The position numbers were made by a program, and so were the translations under genes. Shown here piece by piece: positions 10,210 through 20,306 of a DNA stretch of 64,000 nt. This stretch comes from a virus (taxonomy: Duplodnaviria; Heunggongvirae; Uroviricota; Caudoviricetes). The DNA lies in IMG/VR virus record IMGVR_UViG_3300033076_000972, positions 43,329-107,328 of that record. The stretch is one strand, 5' to 3'. The notes beneath the pieces are model-generated. The model had not been told where the DNA came from. It searched no databases and was given only the letters and a program-made list of their open reading frames with translations. Position 1 is the stretch's first letter. Each line of letters starts with the position of its first letter.

Positions 10210-11261
10210 ACACAGAACTTATAACAAAATTAGAATTATCAGTTAGTAATCTGAAAAATAAAAAATCAAGAATATATTTTTTAGTTCAGGATACTAAGGG
10301 GAATGCCAAAGCCTCAATTAGAGTAATTTATGAAATGGCTTACCATCTTTTTGAAAGTGGTTATAACGCAATTATTATGCATGAACAAAGTGATTACAAA
10401 GGGGTATCATCTTGGTTGGATGAAAAATATATGAGCTTACCTCACAGAGCAATTGAGGGTCAAAACTTAGAAATTTCACCTGAAGATTTAATGATAATAC
10501 CTGAACTTTATGGTCATGTGATGGAACAAGTTTCCAAATTCCCATGTGGTAAAATTGTATTTTGTCAATCATACGATTACATTATGGAGACATTAAGTCC
10601 AGGTGCATCTTGGTCACAATACGGATTTTTAAAATGTATTACAACAAGTGAGGAGCAAAAAAATTACTTAGAAAAAGTAATGAAAAATGTTTCATTTGAT
10701 GTTATCAAACCAACAATATCAACTTGTTTTGAAAAGAAATCAGTACCCGCAAAACCAATAGTTTCGGTGCACACAAGAGACCAAAGAGACACAATGAAAT
10801 TAATTAAAACTTTTTATCTTAAATACCCACAATTTAGATGGGTCACTTTTAGAGATATGAGAGGTTTAAGTGAATGGGAATTTGCAACAATATTAAAAGA
10901 TTCGTATGTTTCAGTTTGGGTCGATGATGTTTCAGGATTTGGTACATACCCATTAGAGTCAATGAAAACTGGTACACCTGTTATTGGTAAAATACCAAAT
11001 TTAAAACCTGAATGGATGGATGAACATAATGGTATTTGGACTAACGACGTTATAAATATGGTAGACGTATTAGCTGAGTTTACTCAGAATTGGTTAGAAG
11101 ATAATATTTCTGAAAAATTGTATGAATCAGGTTACACCACCGCTGAAAAATACTCAAACCAAGACGAATTTAAATCTGAAGTTTTAAAAAACTTTTCATT
11201 ATATATAAACACAAGATTAGCAAATTTTGAATCACAATTAGAAAAATTAAAGGCAGAATAA
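10206..11261 (+). CDS. GT-B (GT4-like) glycosyltransferase
   Basis: VSGFGTYPLESMKTGTPVIG matches the EgFGlvxlEAMaxGxPVI motif of the GT4 C-lobe. Confidence 0.5.
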   Translation: MNTELITKLELSVSNLKNKKSRIYFLVQDTKGNAKASIRVIYEMAYHLFESGYNAIIMHEQSDYKGVSSWLDEKYMSLPHRAIEGQNLEISPEDLMIIPELYGHVMEQVSKFPCGKIVFCQSYDYIMETLSPGASWSQYGFLKCITTSEEQKNYLEKVMKNVSFDVIKPTISTCFEKKSVPAKPIVSVHTRDQRDTMKLIKTFYLKYPQFRWVTFRDMRGLSEWEFATILKDSYVSVWVDDVSGFGTYPLESMKTGTPVIGKIPNLKPEWMDEHNGIWTNDVINMVDVLAEFTQNWLEDNISEKLYESGYTTAEKYSNQDEFKSEVLKNFSLYINTRLANFESQLEKLKAE

Positions 11262-11263
11262 TT

Positions 11264-12073
11264 ATGGAACCAATATTAGATATTTCAGTTATATTACCAA
11301 TCGCATCGTCATTTGGAAAAGATTTTGATGAGTTGTTTGAAAAAGCAATTCAATCAATAAAAAAACAACAGGTAAAAATAAATGAATTAATTATTGTTCA
11401 TTCGGATGAAGAATCATTATGTAATAAATTAAACACATTTGATTTTGGTGATTTAAATGTTGTTAAAATTTTAAATGATTCAAAAGATACTGATTACGCA
11501 TCTCAAATTAATTTAGGTATTAAAAACGCTAAATCTACATGGGTTAGTTTTTTTGAACATGATGATGAATATGCGTTTATTTGGTTTAAAAATGTTGCGG
11601 AGTATATTAATTTTCATCCCGAATGTGATGGTTTTTTACCAATTGTCGTTGATGTTAATGAACAAGACATGTTTGCCGGATATACAAATGAAGCAACATT
11701 TGCAGCGTCATTTAACTCCGAAATTGGAATTTTAACTAACGAATTATTAAATCAATATCAAAACTTCCAATCAAGTGGAATGGTGGTTAAAAAATCAGTG
11801 TTGGACAATTTTGGTGGGTTTAAAAAATCAATGAAATTAACTTTTGTTTATGAATTTTTACTTAGATTAACATATAATTCTGCAAGAATTATGACTATCC
11901 CAAGATTAGGATATAAGCATGTTAATATGAGAGAATCTTCTATTTTTTGGAATTACAAAAACGGAAAAAATATTCTAACAGATAATGAAGTTAAATTTTG
12001 GGTAGATACGGCCAAAAAAGAATATTTTTTTACAAATGACCGTAACATAAAATACGAAGAAACCAATAGTTAA
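11264..12073 (+). CDS. GT2-family (GT-A) glycosyltransferase
   Basis: The N-terminal DISVILPIAS is a typical GT2 start. FFEHDDEYA provides a DxD-like motif. Confidence 0.55.
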   Translation: MEPILDISVILPIASSFGKDFDELFEKAIQSIKKQQVKINELIIVHSDEESLCNKLNTFDFGDLNVVKILNDSKDTDYASQINLGIKNAKSTWVSFFEHDDEYAFIWFKNVAEYINFHPECDGFLPIVVDVNEQDMFAGYTNEATFAASFNSEIGILTNELLNQYQNFQSSGMVVKKSVLDNFGGFKKSMKLTFVYEFLLRLTYNSARIMTIPRLGYKHVNMRESSIFWNYKNGKNILTDNEVKFWVDTAKKEYFFTNDRNIKYEETNS

Positions 12074-12828
12074 TGTTATTAGCTGAAGAAATTCAAAGTG
12101 GAACTACCGAGTCCTTAGAATCAAAACGCAGTAAAAAAGTTAAGTCAAATAATTACTTTGACGTAAGAGAAGAAACTGCGGTTGTTATGTTTTTACAGGC
12201 AGAGACAATGAAAGAAAGGAACGAAATCTACAATGAATTTTTAAAAAAACCAATTGAGAAAATGGTATCTTCAATTATTAGAAGATACAAACTATATAGG
12301 AAAGATATGTCGTTTGAGGAAATCTTAAACGACACTCATTCTTTTCTGATTACCAAGTCAGACAAATTTATACCCGACAAAAATAAAAAGGCTTACTCTT
12401 ATTTTGGTACAATCTGTAAAAATTATTTGATGGGTCAAATAATTAAAGACCAAAAAGATACAAATAGAAAAGTATCATATGAAGATATATCATCTAGTTT
12501 AGAGGAAAGACCTGATTTGGTTTACTATATTGAAAATGATGTTGTTGAAACCGACAAAATAATCATGGATTATATTGGTCAACTAAAGTCTTTTATTGAG
12601 TCGTCATCTTTAAATGAAAATGAAGTAAAATTAGGTTATGCCTTATTAGAGTTATTTGAAAATTATGACAGTATTTTTGTAGGTAATGATAATAAAAAAT
12701 TTAATAAAAATTTAGTATTAATGTCTATCCGTGAGATGACAAATTTATCGACAAAGGAAATTAGGTTAAGTATGAAAAAGTACAAAAAACTATACTTTGA
12801 TTTTGTTAAAAACATTGATAACAGATAA
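12073..12828 (+). CDS. Hypothetical protein (weak sigma-factor region-2-like stretch)
   Basis: The segment EIYNEFLKKPIEKMVSSIIRRYKLY loosely resembles sigma-70 region 2.1-2.2. This is not conclusive. Confidence 0.3.
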   Translation: MLLAEEIQSGTTESLESKRSKKVKSNNYFDVREETAVVMFLQAETMKERNEIYNEFLKKPIEKMVSSIIRRYKLYRKDMSFEEILNDTHSFLITKSDKFIPDKNKKAYSYFGTICKNYLMGQIIKDQKDTNRKVSYEDISSSLEERPDLVYYIENDVVETDKIIMDYIGQLKSFIESSSLNENEVKLGYALLELFENYDSIFVGNDNKKFNKNLVLMSIREMTNLSTKEIRLSMKKYKKLYFDFVKNIDNR

Positions 12829-12853
12829 AATCTGTTATTAAATATTTATAAGT

Positions 12854-13231
12854 ATGTCAAGACCTAAGAAAAAAGAAATATCGTTAAATAAAGAATCTGT
12901 ATTATCTTTAATGCAAGAAATTTATAATGAGCTTGTTGAACAAAGAGCAACTGCATTAAGAATTCAAAACAAAATGTTGGCATTAATGAAAGACACTTCC
13001 GACATGGCGGTTATTGGTCCAATCATTAAAGAACAACAAAAAATAATTAACGACACTGTTGAAAAAAAGTTAACTTTATCCAAACTACAATCAACTGTTT
13101 GGGACAAATCACAACAAAAAAATAATGATGAAAACTTCTCAATATCTGATATTGATGATACATTAATTCAAGACTTACTTAAAAAAGACATTTCAAACGA
13201 AGGTTCAGACGGGTATAAACTTAATAAATAA
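12854..13231 (+). CDS. Hypothetical protein
   Basis: ORF. Confidence 0.5.
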   Translation: MSRPKKKEISLNKESVLSLMQEIYNELVEQRATALRIQNKMLALMKDTSDMAVIGPIIKEQQKIINDTVEKKLTLSKLQSTVWDKSQQKNNDENFSISDIDDTLIQDLLKKDISNEGSDGYKLNK

Positions 13232-13240
13232 TTTAATGTT

Positions 13241-15406
13241 ATGGCTGAAGAAACACCTTCCGAAGGACACAAAAAAGTTAGGAAAAAAATTAATGTTTAT
13301 AAAACCGCTGTAGACATTAATAAAAAACAAAAAGAGATTAAAAAAAAGGTTGAGAAAGGTGAATATGATTCAGTTGTCAACCAAGTTGAGGGTAAATTTA
13401 AAAAAGATTTACAATCATACAGTGAAAAAGTTAAAGACAAACAAAAACATTTCACTGAGGCTGCAAAAAACCAGCTTTCCCAACTTATTGAGACATTTAA
13501 AATGTCAGTATCAAGTGGTGAGGACTCAAGCACTAATTCACAAACAGATACTAAACAATTAGATAATTTAAAAACACAACTATCCGAAAAAGAGTCTTTA
13601 CTTGCACAGGCAAAAAAAGATAAAAATCAGGGTAATATTGATTTGTACCAATCTGAAATTAACGATTTAAATAAAGAAATCAACCAAATTAATTTTAGTA
13701 ATTTTAAAAGTGATAGTGCTAAAAACGCAACAGAAGCACTTAGAAATACATTTATACAAACAGTTAATAGAACCAAAGAAAAACTACAACAAGTTTTATT
13801 TAATGAAACCGTTTCAGCCTTAGGATGTTCACAAGAACAAAATTACGAAACTAACAAGCCAATCTATATTAAGGTTGCTAGTATTGATATTTTTGGTAAA
13901 ACATTACAAACCAATCCAAATGAATCACCAGGTAAATACATTTACGAAGTTAAACCATTCTCACCGAGAAAACAACCTTATTCATTTAACCGAGAATTAT
14001 ATAATAGATTACAAAACCCTGGTAAAAGTTACAAAACTGAATACAATGTAAACTTTTTGGGTTCAACAGCACAAGATTTATTTAATATCACTTATGTTAA
14101 AGACCCAATACCTGTTGGTAAACCACAGTTATATGGTGATTATTATAAAGTAGAATTATCACCAAGATTAACGGGTGTTAAAGTTGTTGATTTTTTAAAT
14201 GATTATTATAATACAATTGACATTTTAAATTTCAATGAATTATATTGTAATGTTTTAAATTTATTAACGGGAGCCGTTTCAATGAAACTTAGTATTGGTG
14301 AAGATGATGCTAGAAAACAAACTGAATTTGAAAAAATATTACAAAGAATATTGGGTTTGTGTTTTGATAATCGACAAGAAATTGATGTAAGTGGTACTGG
14401 AAAACTTGATGCTTTGGACCAAATAGATGATAGTTTCTTTGTTTTAAGCCCAAAAGAAATGGTTGAGGTTGAAAACAAAGTTAAAAACATATTAGAAAAA
14501 GTTGTTCAATATAGAGATTGTGGTACTTTGTCATTACCTGTTAATGTTGATGCGAATTTATCATTATTAGATAAATTTTTAACTGATGGTGTAAACGCTT
14601 CTAATGCTGACAAATACGCTCAAGATTTAATTGATGGTATAACAAAGAATCCTGAGTGGAAAATCCCAACAAACATTGATATACAGTTAGCGGTTAATAC
14701 AGAATTTTTAAACTTAATACCAATTGCAATTACAAATTCATTATTGTCACCAAAGCATTTATTTCCTTTAATGGTAATGGCAAAGGCGTTACAAAATGAA
14801 TTTGTTGATAGTATTGAAACGTTAGAAGATTTTTTACGTGAATTTAAAAAGTTTATTATAAACCTACAATCAAAAATATCCGCAATATTTGTTGAGGAAT
14901 TAGTAAAACAAATTCGTAAAAATATTAAAGAGTTAATGCAATCAATTGTTCAACAAACAACAAATGAACTACTTGATAAAAAATCAAAAATTATTTTAGC
15001 GAGTATAAATTTGGCATTAACGTTAGCATCTGCAATTGAAGATTATAGAAGATGTAAAAGTGTAATTGACGAGTTACAAAAAATGTTACAATTAGCACTT
15101 CAAATAAGAAGTTTAACAGGGGGTAGTATTCCACCGTTAATTAATTATTTGGCTAATTTAAAACCAGGAATGTCACCAACATCTATGTTAACAAGATTTA
15201 TAGATAAGTTAGAAGAAGCTGGTGTACCAACGGGTGATTTACCTGACGGTAGTCCAAATTTAGGTATTATAATTCAACAGTCTTTTAATCAAACATTAAT
15301 TGATGAAATGGCTGAAAATGGAAAAACGGAAGTAACCATAACAGGTATTGAAGTTGGCGATTTATCGGCAAAAGGATTTACCAAAGTATCAGGAAATTTA
15401 CTATAA
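13241..15406 (+). CDS. Large coiled-coil protein, probably virion- or tail-associated
   Basis: 721-aa ORF, Lys/Glu-rich heptad-like N-terminus, first gene of the large-protein block. Confidence 0.45.
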   Translation: MAEETPSEGHKKVRKKINVYKTAVDINKKQKEIKKKVEKGEYDSVVNQVEGKFKKDLQSYSEKVKDKQKHFTEAAKNQLSQLIETFKMSVSSGEDSSTNSQTDTKQLDNLKTQLSEKESLLAQAKKDKNQGNIDLYQSEINDLNKEINQINFSNFKSDSAKNATEALRNTFIQTVNRTKEKLQQVLFNETVSALGCSQEQNYETNKPIYIKVASIDIFGKTLQTNPNESPGKYIYEVKPFSPRKQPYSFNRELYNRLQNPGKSYKTEYNVNFLGSTAQDLFNITYVKDPIPVGKPQLYGDYYKVELSPRLTGVKVVDFLNDYYNTIDILNFNELYCNVLNLLTGAVSMKLSIGEDDARKQTEFEKILQRILGLCFDNRQEIDVSGTGKLDALDQIDDSFFVLSPKEMVEVENKVKNILEKVVQYRDCGTLSLPVNVDANLSLLDKFLTDGVNASNADKYAQDLIDGITKNPEWKIPTNIDIQLAVNTEFLNLIPIAITNSLLSPKHLFPLMVMAKALQNEFVDSIETLEDFLREFKKFIINLQSKISAIFVEELVKQIRKNIKELMQSIVQQTTNELLDKKSKIILASINLALTLASAIEDYRRCKSVIDELQKMLQLALQIRSLTGGSIPPLINYLANLKPGMSPTSMLTRFIDKLEEAGVPTGDLPDGSPNLGIIIQQSFNQTLIDEMAENGKTEVTITGIEVGDLSAKGFTKVSGNLL

Positions 15407-15603
15407 TGGAGCCAAGTAAAATTAAAGAAGTTATTAGTGACCCAAAAAACCAGTCAAATACTGTTTTGATTGAAAGTTTGGATTATTTATCAAACGAACA
15501 TGAAGAATTAAAAAACACGATATTAAAATTGACTTACCATTTGGATGAAGTTGAATTTTCATATAATAAAATTTTGGAAGAATATAAAAATAGAACCAAA
15601 TGA
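15406..15603 (+). CDS. Small hypothetical protein
   Basis: TAATG overlap upstream and ATGA overlap downstream indicate translational coupling. Confidence 0.45.
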   Translation: MEPSKIKEVISDPKNQSNTVLIESLDYLSNEHEELKNTILKLTYHLDEVEFSYNKILEEYKNRTK

Positions 15604-17159
15604 TGGATGATGTAAAACACCACTCCTCGTTACCCAAAAAGTATACGCAAGTTGTTAACTACGGAAAAGTAGTTAGTAATAATGACCCTATGAATTTAGG
15701 TAGGATTAGGGTGGAACCTGTTGCGTGGCAAAACGAAGACCAATACAGTGCATTTAAAGGGACTTTTGGTCAACCACTAACTGAAAAAGATTTTTGGAAA
15801 ACTCAGGACCCTTTTGTTTTCATGCCGTTATTACCTATATTTGTTTACCAAGTACCAAAAGTTGGTGAATATGTTCACGTAATATATTATAACACTGAAT
15901 TACAAGATAGAAATAAATTTTATATTCAAGGTGTTTTTTCAAGTCCAAATAATACAAAATTTGAACCTTATGATTCTTCATTAGCATTTACAGCAAAAGG
16001 TGAAAGAAACGCTTTACCAAACAATATTAGAAATATTAATGGTGATTACATCAATGTTGAACAAGTTGGTCTTTATCCTGACGTAAATACAATTGGTTTA
16101 TTAGGTAGATATAATTCAGATATTTTACTTCCTGAAAATGGTGTTGTTTTAAGAGCAAATACTATTTTAGATGGTTCTGACCAATTAAACCCAACCTTCA
16201 ATAAAAAACATAGTTTTGTTTCTTTACAAAAATACCAATCCAAAAATGTGGACAATGGTAACACAACATATTTTGAAAACAACAAAGTTGTTCAAAGAGT
16301 TAAATACTTGGTCGAATACAATGTTTACGGTGGTTTGGGTACTTTGACAGGAAACTATTCAGCGTATGCGTATGTTTACAAAATTTCAGAGTATCAACCA
16401 GTATACACTAATAGTGTTGATAATACATGGTATGAATTTCCTGAGGTTTCTAAAATAGGTCCAATATATAAAGAAGATTACACATTTAAAAGTTTTGATG
16501 ATGTAGTAACAGGAATTAATAATTTAATTCAAAGAGTTAATAGTGGTAAATTTTTAGTTGGTAACACACTAATAAATGATGTTTTTCCTTTTGTTTTTCA
16601 ACCTGAAAAATCACTATTTGACAAATATAGTTTAAACACAATTACTGATGTTACCGAATCTATAAATGCACAAAGATTTATATCTGCAGTTCACTTAAAT
16701 AAAACCGATGCCAATGTAGGTTTGGGATTAGTTTCAAAACAAGGTGAATTAGGACCCCTAACCGAACTTAAATCATTTGATGTTCCAAATATAACAGTTG
16801 AGCCAAATCCAATAACTTATGGTATTAATGTTTCAGATATATCATTTTGGTTATCACATGATTCACAAATTCCCGGTACAAATAAAATTGATTTTGATAC
16901 CGCAAATTTTTCAGGAAACTCACTTGCGCAAGATTTTGTCGAAAACTCAATATTACCAAATACCAATTCTATGGTAAGGGGAGAACAACTTTTAAACCTT
17001 ATTGAATTAATTGTTAAATACTTAGTAACACACGTTCACCCATATCACGGGATGGGTCCAAATCCAGTTTCTTTGGATGGAACACAATCACAAAAAATAC
17101 TTGCAGAATTATTTAATGCAACTGAAACAGTTTTAAATAAAAACTTACGAATTAATTGA
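15600..17159 (+). CDS. Hypothetical structural protein
   Basis: 519-aa ORF. Confidence 0.45.
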   Translation: MMDDVKHHSSLPKKYTQVVNYGKVVSNNDPMNLGRIRVEPVAWQNEDQYSAFKGTFGQPLTEKDFWKTQDPFVFMPLLPIFVYQVPKVGEYVHVIYYNTELQDRNKFYIQGVFSSPNNTKFEPYDSSLAFTAKGERNALPNNIRNINGDYINVEQVGLYPDVNTIGLLGRYNSDILLPENGVVLRANTILDGSDQLNPTFNKKHSFVSLQKYQSKNVDNGNTTYFENNKVVQRVKYLVEYNVYGGLGTLTGNYSAYAYVYKISEYQPVYTNSVDNTWYEFPEVSKIGPIYKEDYTFKSFDDVVTGINNLIQRVNSGKFLVGNTLINDVFPFVFQPEKSLFDKYSLNTITDVTESINAQRFISAVHLNKTDANVGLGLVSKQGELGPLTELKSFDVPNITVEPNPITYGINVSDISFWLSHDSQIPGTNKIDFDTANFSGNSLAQDFVENSILPNTNSMVRGEQLLNLIELIVKYLVTHVHPYHGMGPNPVSLDGTQSQKILAELFNATETVLNKNLRIN

Positions 17160-17171
17160 TATTTATATATA

Positions 17172-18665
17172 ATGTCAATACACAAATCGTACTTCAATAA
17201 GAATAATACTATTATTTACAATAGTTCTGGAAATACAGGACAAAATCCTGTGACTGAATTATTTTTTGGTAGAACTGAAAATGTGTTATCAACACCGGGA
17301 TACTCAAGATTTATTTTTAATGTTGACTTAACAGAATTACAACAAAAAATTGCGGATGGTGTTGTATACACAGGTAGCCCAATGACTCATAAATTAAAAA
17401 TGACCAATACTATCATGTTTAATTATGAGTTATTAAACACAACAACATCTGATAATAGAAGAAGAGCAACAGCTTTTGATTTATATCTATTTAGAATACC
17501 TAAAGTTGGTGCTGTTGCACAAACATGGGATGAAGGTGTTGGATATGATTACTATGATAATAATACTCAAAACACATCAAATTCAAGTTTGACATCAAGA
17601 AATTATCGAGATAACGATAAGTCATATTCAAACAGACCTTCAAATTGGTATAGAAGAAGTATTTCAAACGCTTGGTCAACACCTGGAATATATTACAATG
17701 ATAATAGTGGTACAGGTACATCTGTAAACTATTCAGCATTAACACAAGTTGACTTTCAACATTTTGAATTTGGTAATGAAAATATTGAATTCGATATGAC
17801 AAATGAAATTAATAGTATATTGACCGGTGCAACAACAGGAGTATCTGGTTATATTATTGCATTTGCCCCTGATTTAGAAAATTTAACAGGTTTAACAGAA
17901 AATTACTCAGTCGGTTTCTTTACTAGACACACACAAACATTTTACGAACCATATTTAGAAACAACATACGATGATTTAATTTTAGATGATAGAACCGCAT
18001 TTTATGAAAATAAAGTAAATAAATTGTATCTATATTCATATATCAACGGAACCCCAACTAATTTTGATTTTAACCCCAAAGTAAATATTGCCGATGCTAA
18101 TGGTGATTTAATATCATCATTAACTGGTTTGACAACTGTTAGACGTACTGAAGGTGTTTATGAGTGTACAATTCCAATAATGACAGGGTACACAACACCA
18201 TGTCAATTTAGTGATATATGGAGTGGTGTAACAATTAATGGTGTTTCATTAGGTGACATTACTAATGATTTAATATTAAAACCAGCGTCAGAATATTATA
18301 TTGTAGGACCCGTAGCTAAAGACCCTGTATTATATGGATTTGATTTCTCAGGTATCAAACAAGATGAAAAAATATTAAACACGGATATTCGTAAAGTTGT
18401 CGTTCAAATTAAACAAGCATATACATCTAATGTGATATACCCTAATTTTAAAGCGTATTATAGAATATATGTTAAAGAAGGTACAACCGAAGTTTTAGTA
18501 CAAGATTGGACAAGAATAAATCAAACACCTAATGAATATTATTTTATGTTTGACACTAGAGACAAAATCCCTAATGAATATTATGTTGATATCAAAGTAT
18601 TAACTTCAGGTGAAGTAGATACTTATAAAAGAGAATTAAAATTTCAAATAGTTAATCAAAAATGA
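17172..18665 (+). CDS. Hypothetical structural protein (Asn/Thr/Tyr-rich, fibre-like)
   Basis: 497-aa ORF with a beta-rich composition. Confidence 0.45.
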   Translation: MSIHKSYFNKNNTIIYNSSGNTGQNPVTELFFGRTENVLSTPGYSRFIFNVDLTELQQKIADGVVYTGSPMTHKLKMTNTIMFNYELLNTTTSDNRRRATAFDLYLFRIPKVGAVAQTWDEGVGYDYYDNNTQNTSNSSLTSRNYRDNDKSYSNRPSNWYRRSISNAWSTPGIYYNDNSGTGTSVNYSALTQVDFQHFEFGNENIEFDMTNEINSILTGATTGVSGYIIAFAPDLENLTGLTENYSVGFFTRHTQTFYEPYLETTYDDLILDDRTAFYENKVNKLYLYSYINGTPTNFDFNPKVNIADANGDLISSLTGLTTVRRTEGVYECTIPIMTGYTTPCQFSDIWSGVTINGVSLGDITNDLILKPASEYYIVGPVAKDPVLYGFDFSGIKQDEKILNTDIRKVVVQIKQAYTSNVIYPNFKAYYRIYVKEGTTEVLVQDWTRINQTPNEYYFMFDTRDKIPNEYYVDIKVLTSGEVDTYKRELKFQIVNQK

Positions 18666-19372
18666 AAAATATAAATGAATTAGACGTGGCAAGTATGTTA
18701 AAAAACCTTGCTGGTGACACAGCTAGAAATGTATTAACAAGTATTCCTGGTCTTGGTACTGCGGTTGGTGTTGGAGCGTCTGTAAAAAATTACAGTGAAT
18801 TAAATGATGATTTAGATAAATACAAAGAATTAAAGGCTAGTATTGTTGATGGTGAAGATATGAATCCTGATACGTTTGAAAAGTTACTTGATGTACAAGA
18901 CGAATTAGAAGTTGATTTTATTGATTTATTACAATCAATCGCAGGTATTACTAGTATTCCTGGATTAGGGTTTGTTGCTCAGGGATTAGGACCATTATTA
19001 GTTAAATTAAGTATTGAGGAAATACTTGAAAAAATTAGTGATATTGTTCCAATTGATAAAGATGTAGAAAAATCTGTTATTCCATATTTAGCAGCAATTA
19101 AAGATATTGAGGATTTAAAAATTAAATCTAAAGAATTAGAACCAATTGCCAAAGATGCGGATAAATTTATGGACCAAATGTTGGAAAAAACAAATTTGGA
19201 AGAGGGGAGAAAAAAAACAGGAACTAAATTATGTTCTCGTGGTAAATCAGCAGCTAAATCAAAATTTGATGTATATCCATCAGCATATGCCAATGGTTAT
19301 GCAATTCAAGTCTGTAAAGGTAAAATTAAAGGATTAGACGGAAAAAAAAGGTGTTCACCACCATATTGTTAA
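18662..19372 (+). CDS. Hypothetical protein
   Basis: ORF ending at a bidirectional terminator. Confidence 0.45.
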   Translation: MKNINELDVASMLKNLAGDTARNVLTSIPGLGTAVGVGASVKNYSELNDDLDKYKELKASIVDGEDMNPDTFEKLLDVQDELEVDFIDLLQSIAGITSIPGLGFVAQGLGPLLVKLSIEEILEKISDIVPIDKDVEKSVIPYLAAIKDIEDLKIKSKELEPIAKDADKFMDQMLEKTNLEEGRKKTGTKLCSRGKSAAKSKFDVYPSAYANGYAIQVCKGKIKGLDGKKRCSPPYC

Positions 19373-19378
19373 GAAAAT

Positions 19379-19408
19379 AAAAAAAGGGGTTTTAAGACCC
19401 CTTTTTTA
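19379..19408. terminator. Bidirectional intrinsic terminator
   Basis: AAAAAGGGGTTTTAAGACCCCTTTTTT sits between convergent genes. Confidence 0.7.
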
Positions 19409-20105
19409 ATGTATATAAAACAGTATTAACCCATCGTTTTGTTTCATCACCACCTAATAAAAGATAATTTAATTTATCTTTTGTTGATTCTGAAATTAAA
19501 TTATTATTTAATAATTCGCTCAACTCCATAATCATTTTTTCAGTAAATGGTACTCTATTATAAAGGTTTTTTATTGTTGATAAATTTTCTGTAATTTTAT
19601 TTTTTTTAGCTTCGTATAATATTTTACCTGCCAAATTTACTAATTTAATTGGTGGTAAAAACTCAACAGACTCTTTTCTTGGTTTATAAGATGAATATAC
19701 AGGTGTTTGTCCTTTACCTGATTGAGTATCTTTCTTTTCAGCCTTTCTTTTTTTAGCACACGCTGATTTTTTTTGTGAATCACTCATTTTAGATGCCACA
19801 CTTTTTGCTCTACACTTAGGATACCCTTTCGGGTCAGCATCAGGTCTTCCGCATGGTGGATGTTTTCCATCAACTTTTCTGCAAATATTAACCCAAGGCC
19901 CCTGTGGTTGTTTTGACCCTTTTGGTTTTTTCTTAGTACCAAACCATACCGCCAAATCTTCATTAAGAATATCTTCGACTTGTACTTTATTATTATTCAT
20001 TTTTTTACGATTATTATATAAATATCTAATTATGATTAATAACACACAAAAACTATTTGATTTTTTACAGTATAATTCTAATGAAGAGTTTGAAAAGATA
20101 ATCAA
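19392..20105 (-). CDS. Basic Lys-rich hypothetical protein
   Basis: ORF; its stop lies inside the terminator hairpin. Confidence 0.45.
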   Translation of the reverse strand: MIIFSNSSLELYCKKSNSFCVLLIIIRYLYNNRKKMNNNKVQVEDILNEDLAVWFGTKKKPKGSKQPQGPWVNICRKVDGKHPPCGRPDADPKGYPKCRAKSVASKMSDSQKKSACAKKRKAEKKDTQSGKGQTPVYSSYKPRKESVEFLPPIKLVNLAGKILYEAKKNKITENLSTIKNLYNRVPFTEKMIMELSELLNNNLISESTKDKLNYLLLGGDETKRWVNTVLYTLKKGS

Positions 20106-20259
20106 CTCAATAGAAAAAGAACAATCTTTATTTTATATAATACAAGGAATTAAATCAGCATATAAGAGGGGTTGTTTTACTTTAGAAGAATCCGAAATTA
20201 TTTCAAAATCTATCCGTGTGTTAAGTACACCTGAAAAACCAAAAACTGAAGAAGCATAA
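20032..20259 (+). CDS. Small hypothetical protein
   Basis: 75-aa ORF, not antisense to any other gene, followed immediately by a terminator. Confidence 0.35.
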   Translation: MINNTQKLFDFLQYNSNEEFEKIINSIEKEQSLFYIIQGIKSAYKRGCFTLEESEIISKSIRVLSTPEKPKTEEA

Positions 20260-20290
20260 AAAAAAGGGACAATTTCTTGTCCCTTTTTTA
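20258..20290. terminator. Bidirectional intrinsic terminator
   Basis: AAAAAAAAGGGACAATTTCTTGTCCCTTTTTT. Confidence 0.7.
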
Positions 20291-20306
20291 TTACCTTTAG
20301 AAAAGA

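Noticed and set aside
12073-12828. Calling this ORF a sigma factor
   Set aside because: Only one short stretch loosely resembles sigma-70 region 2, and no region 4 helix-turn-helix is evident. It is left as hypothetical with a note.
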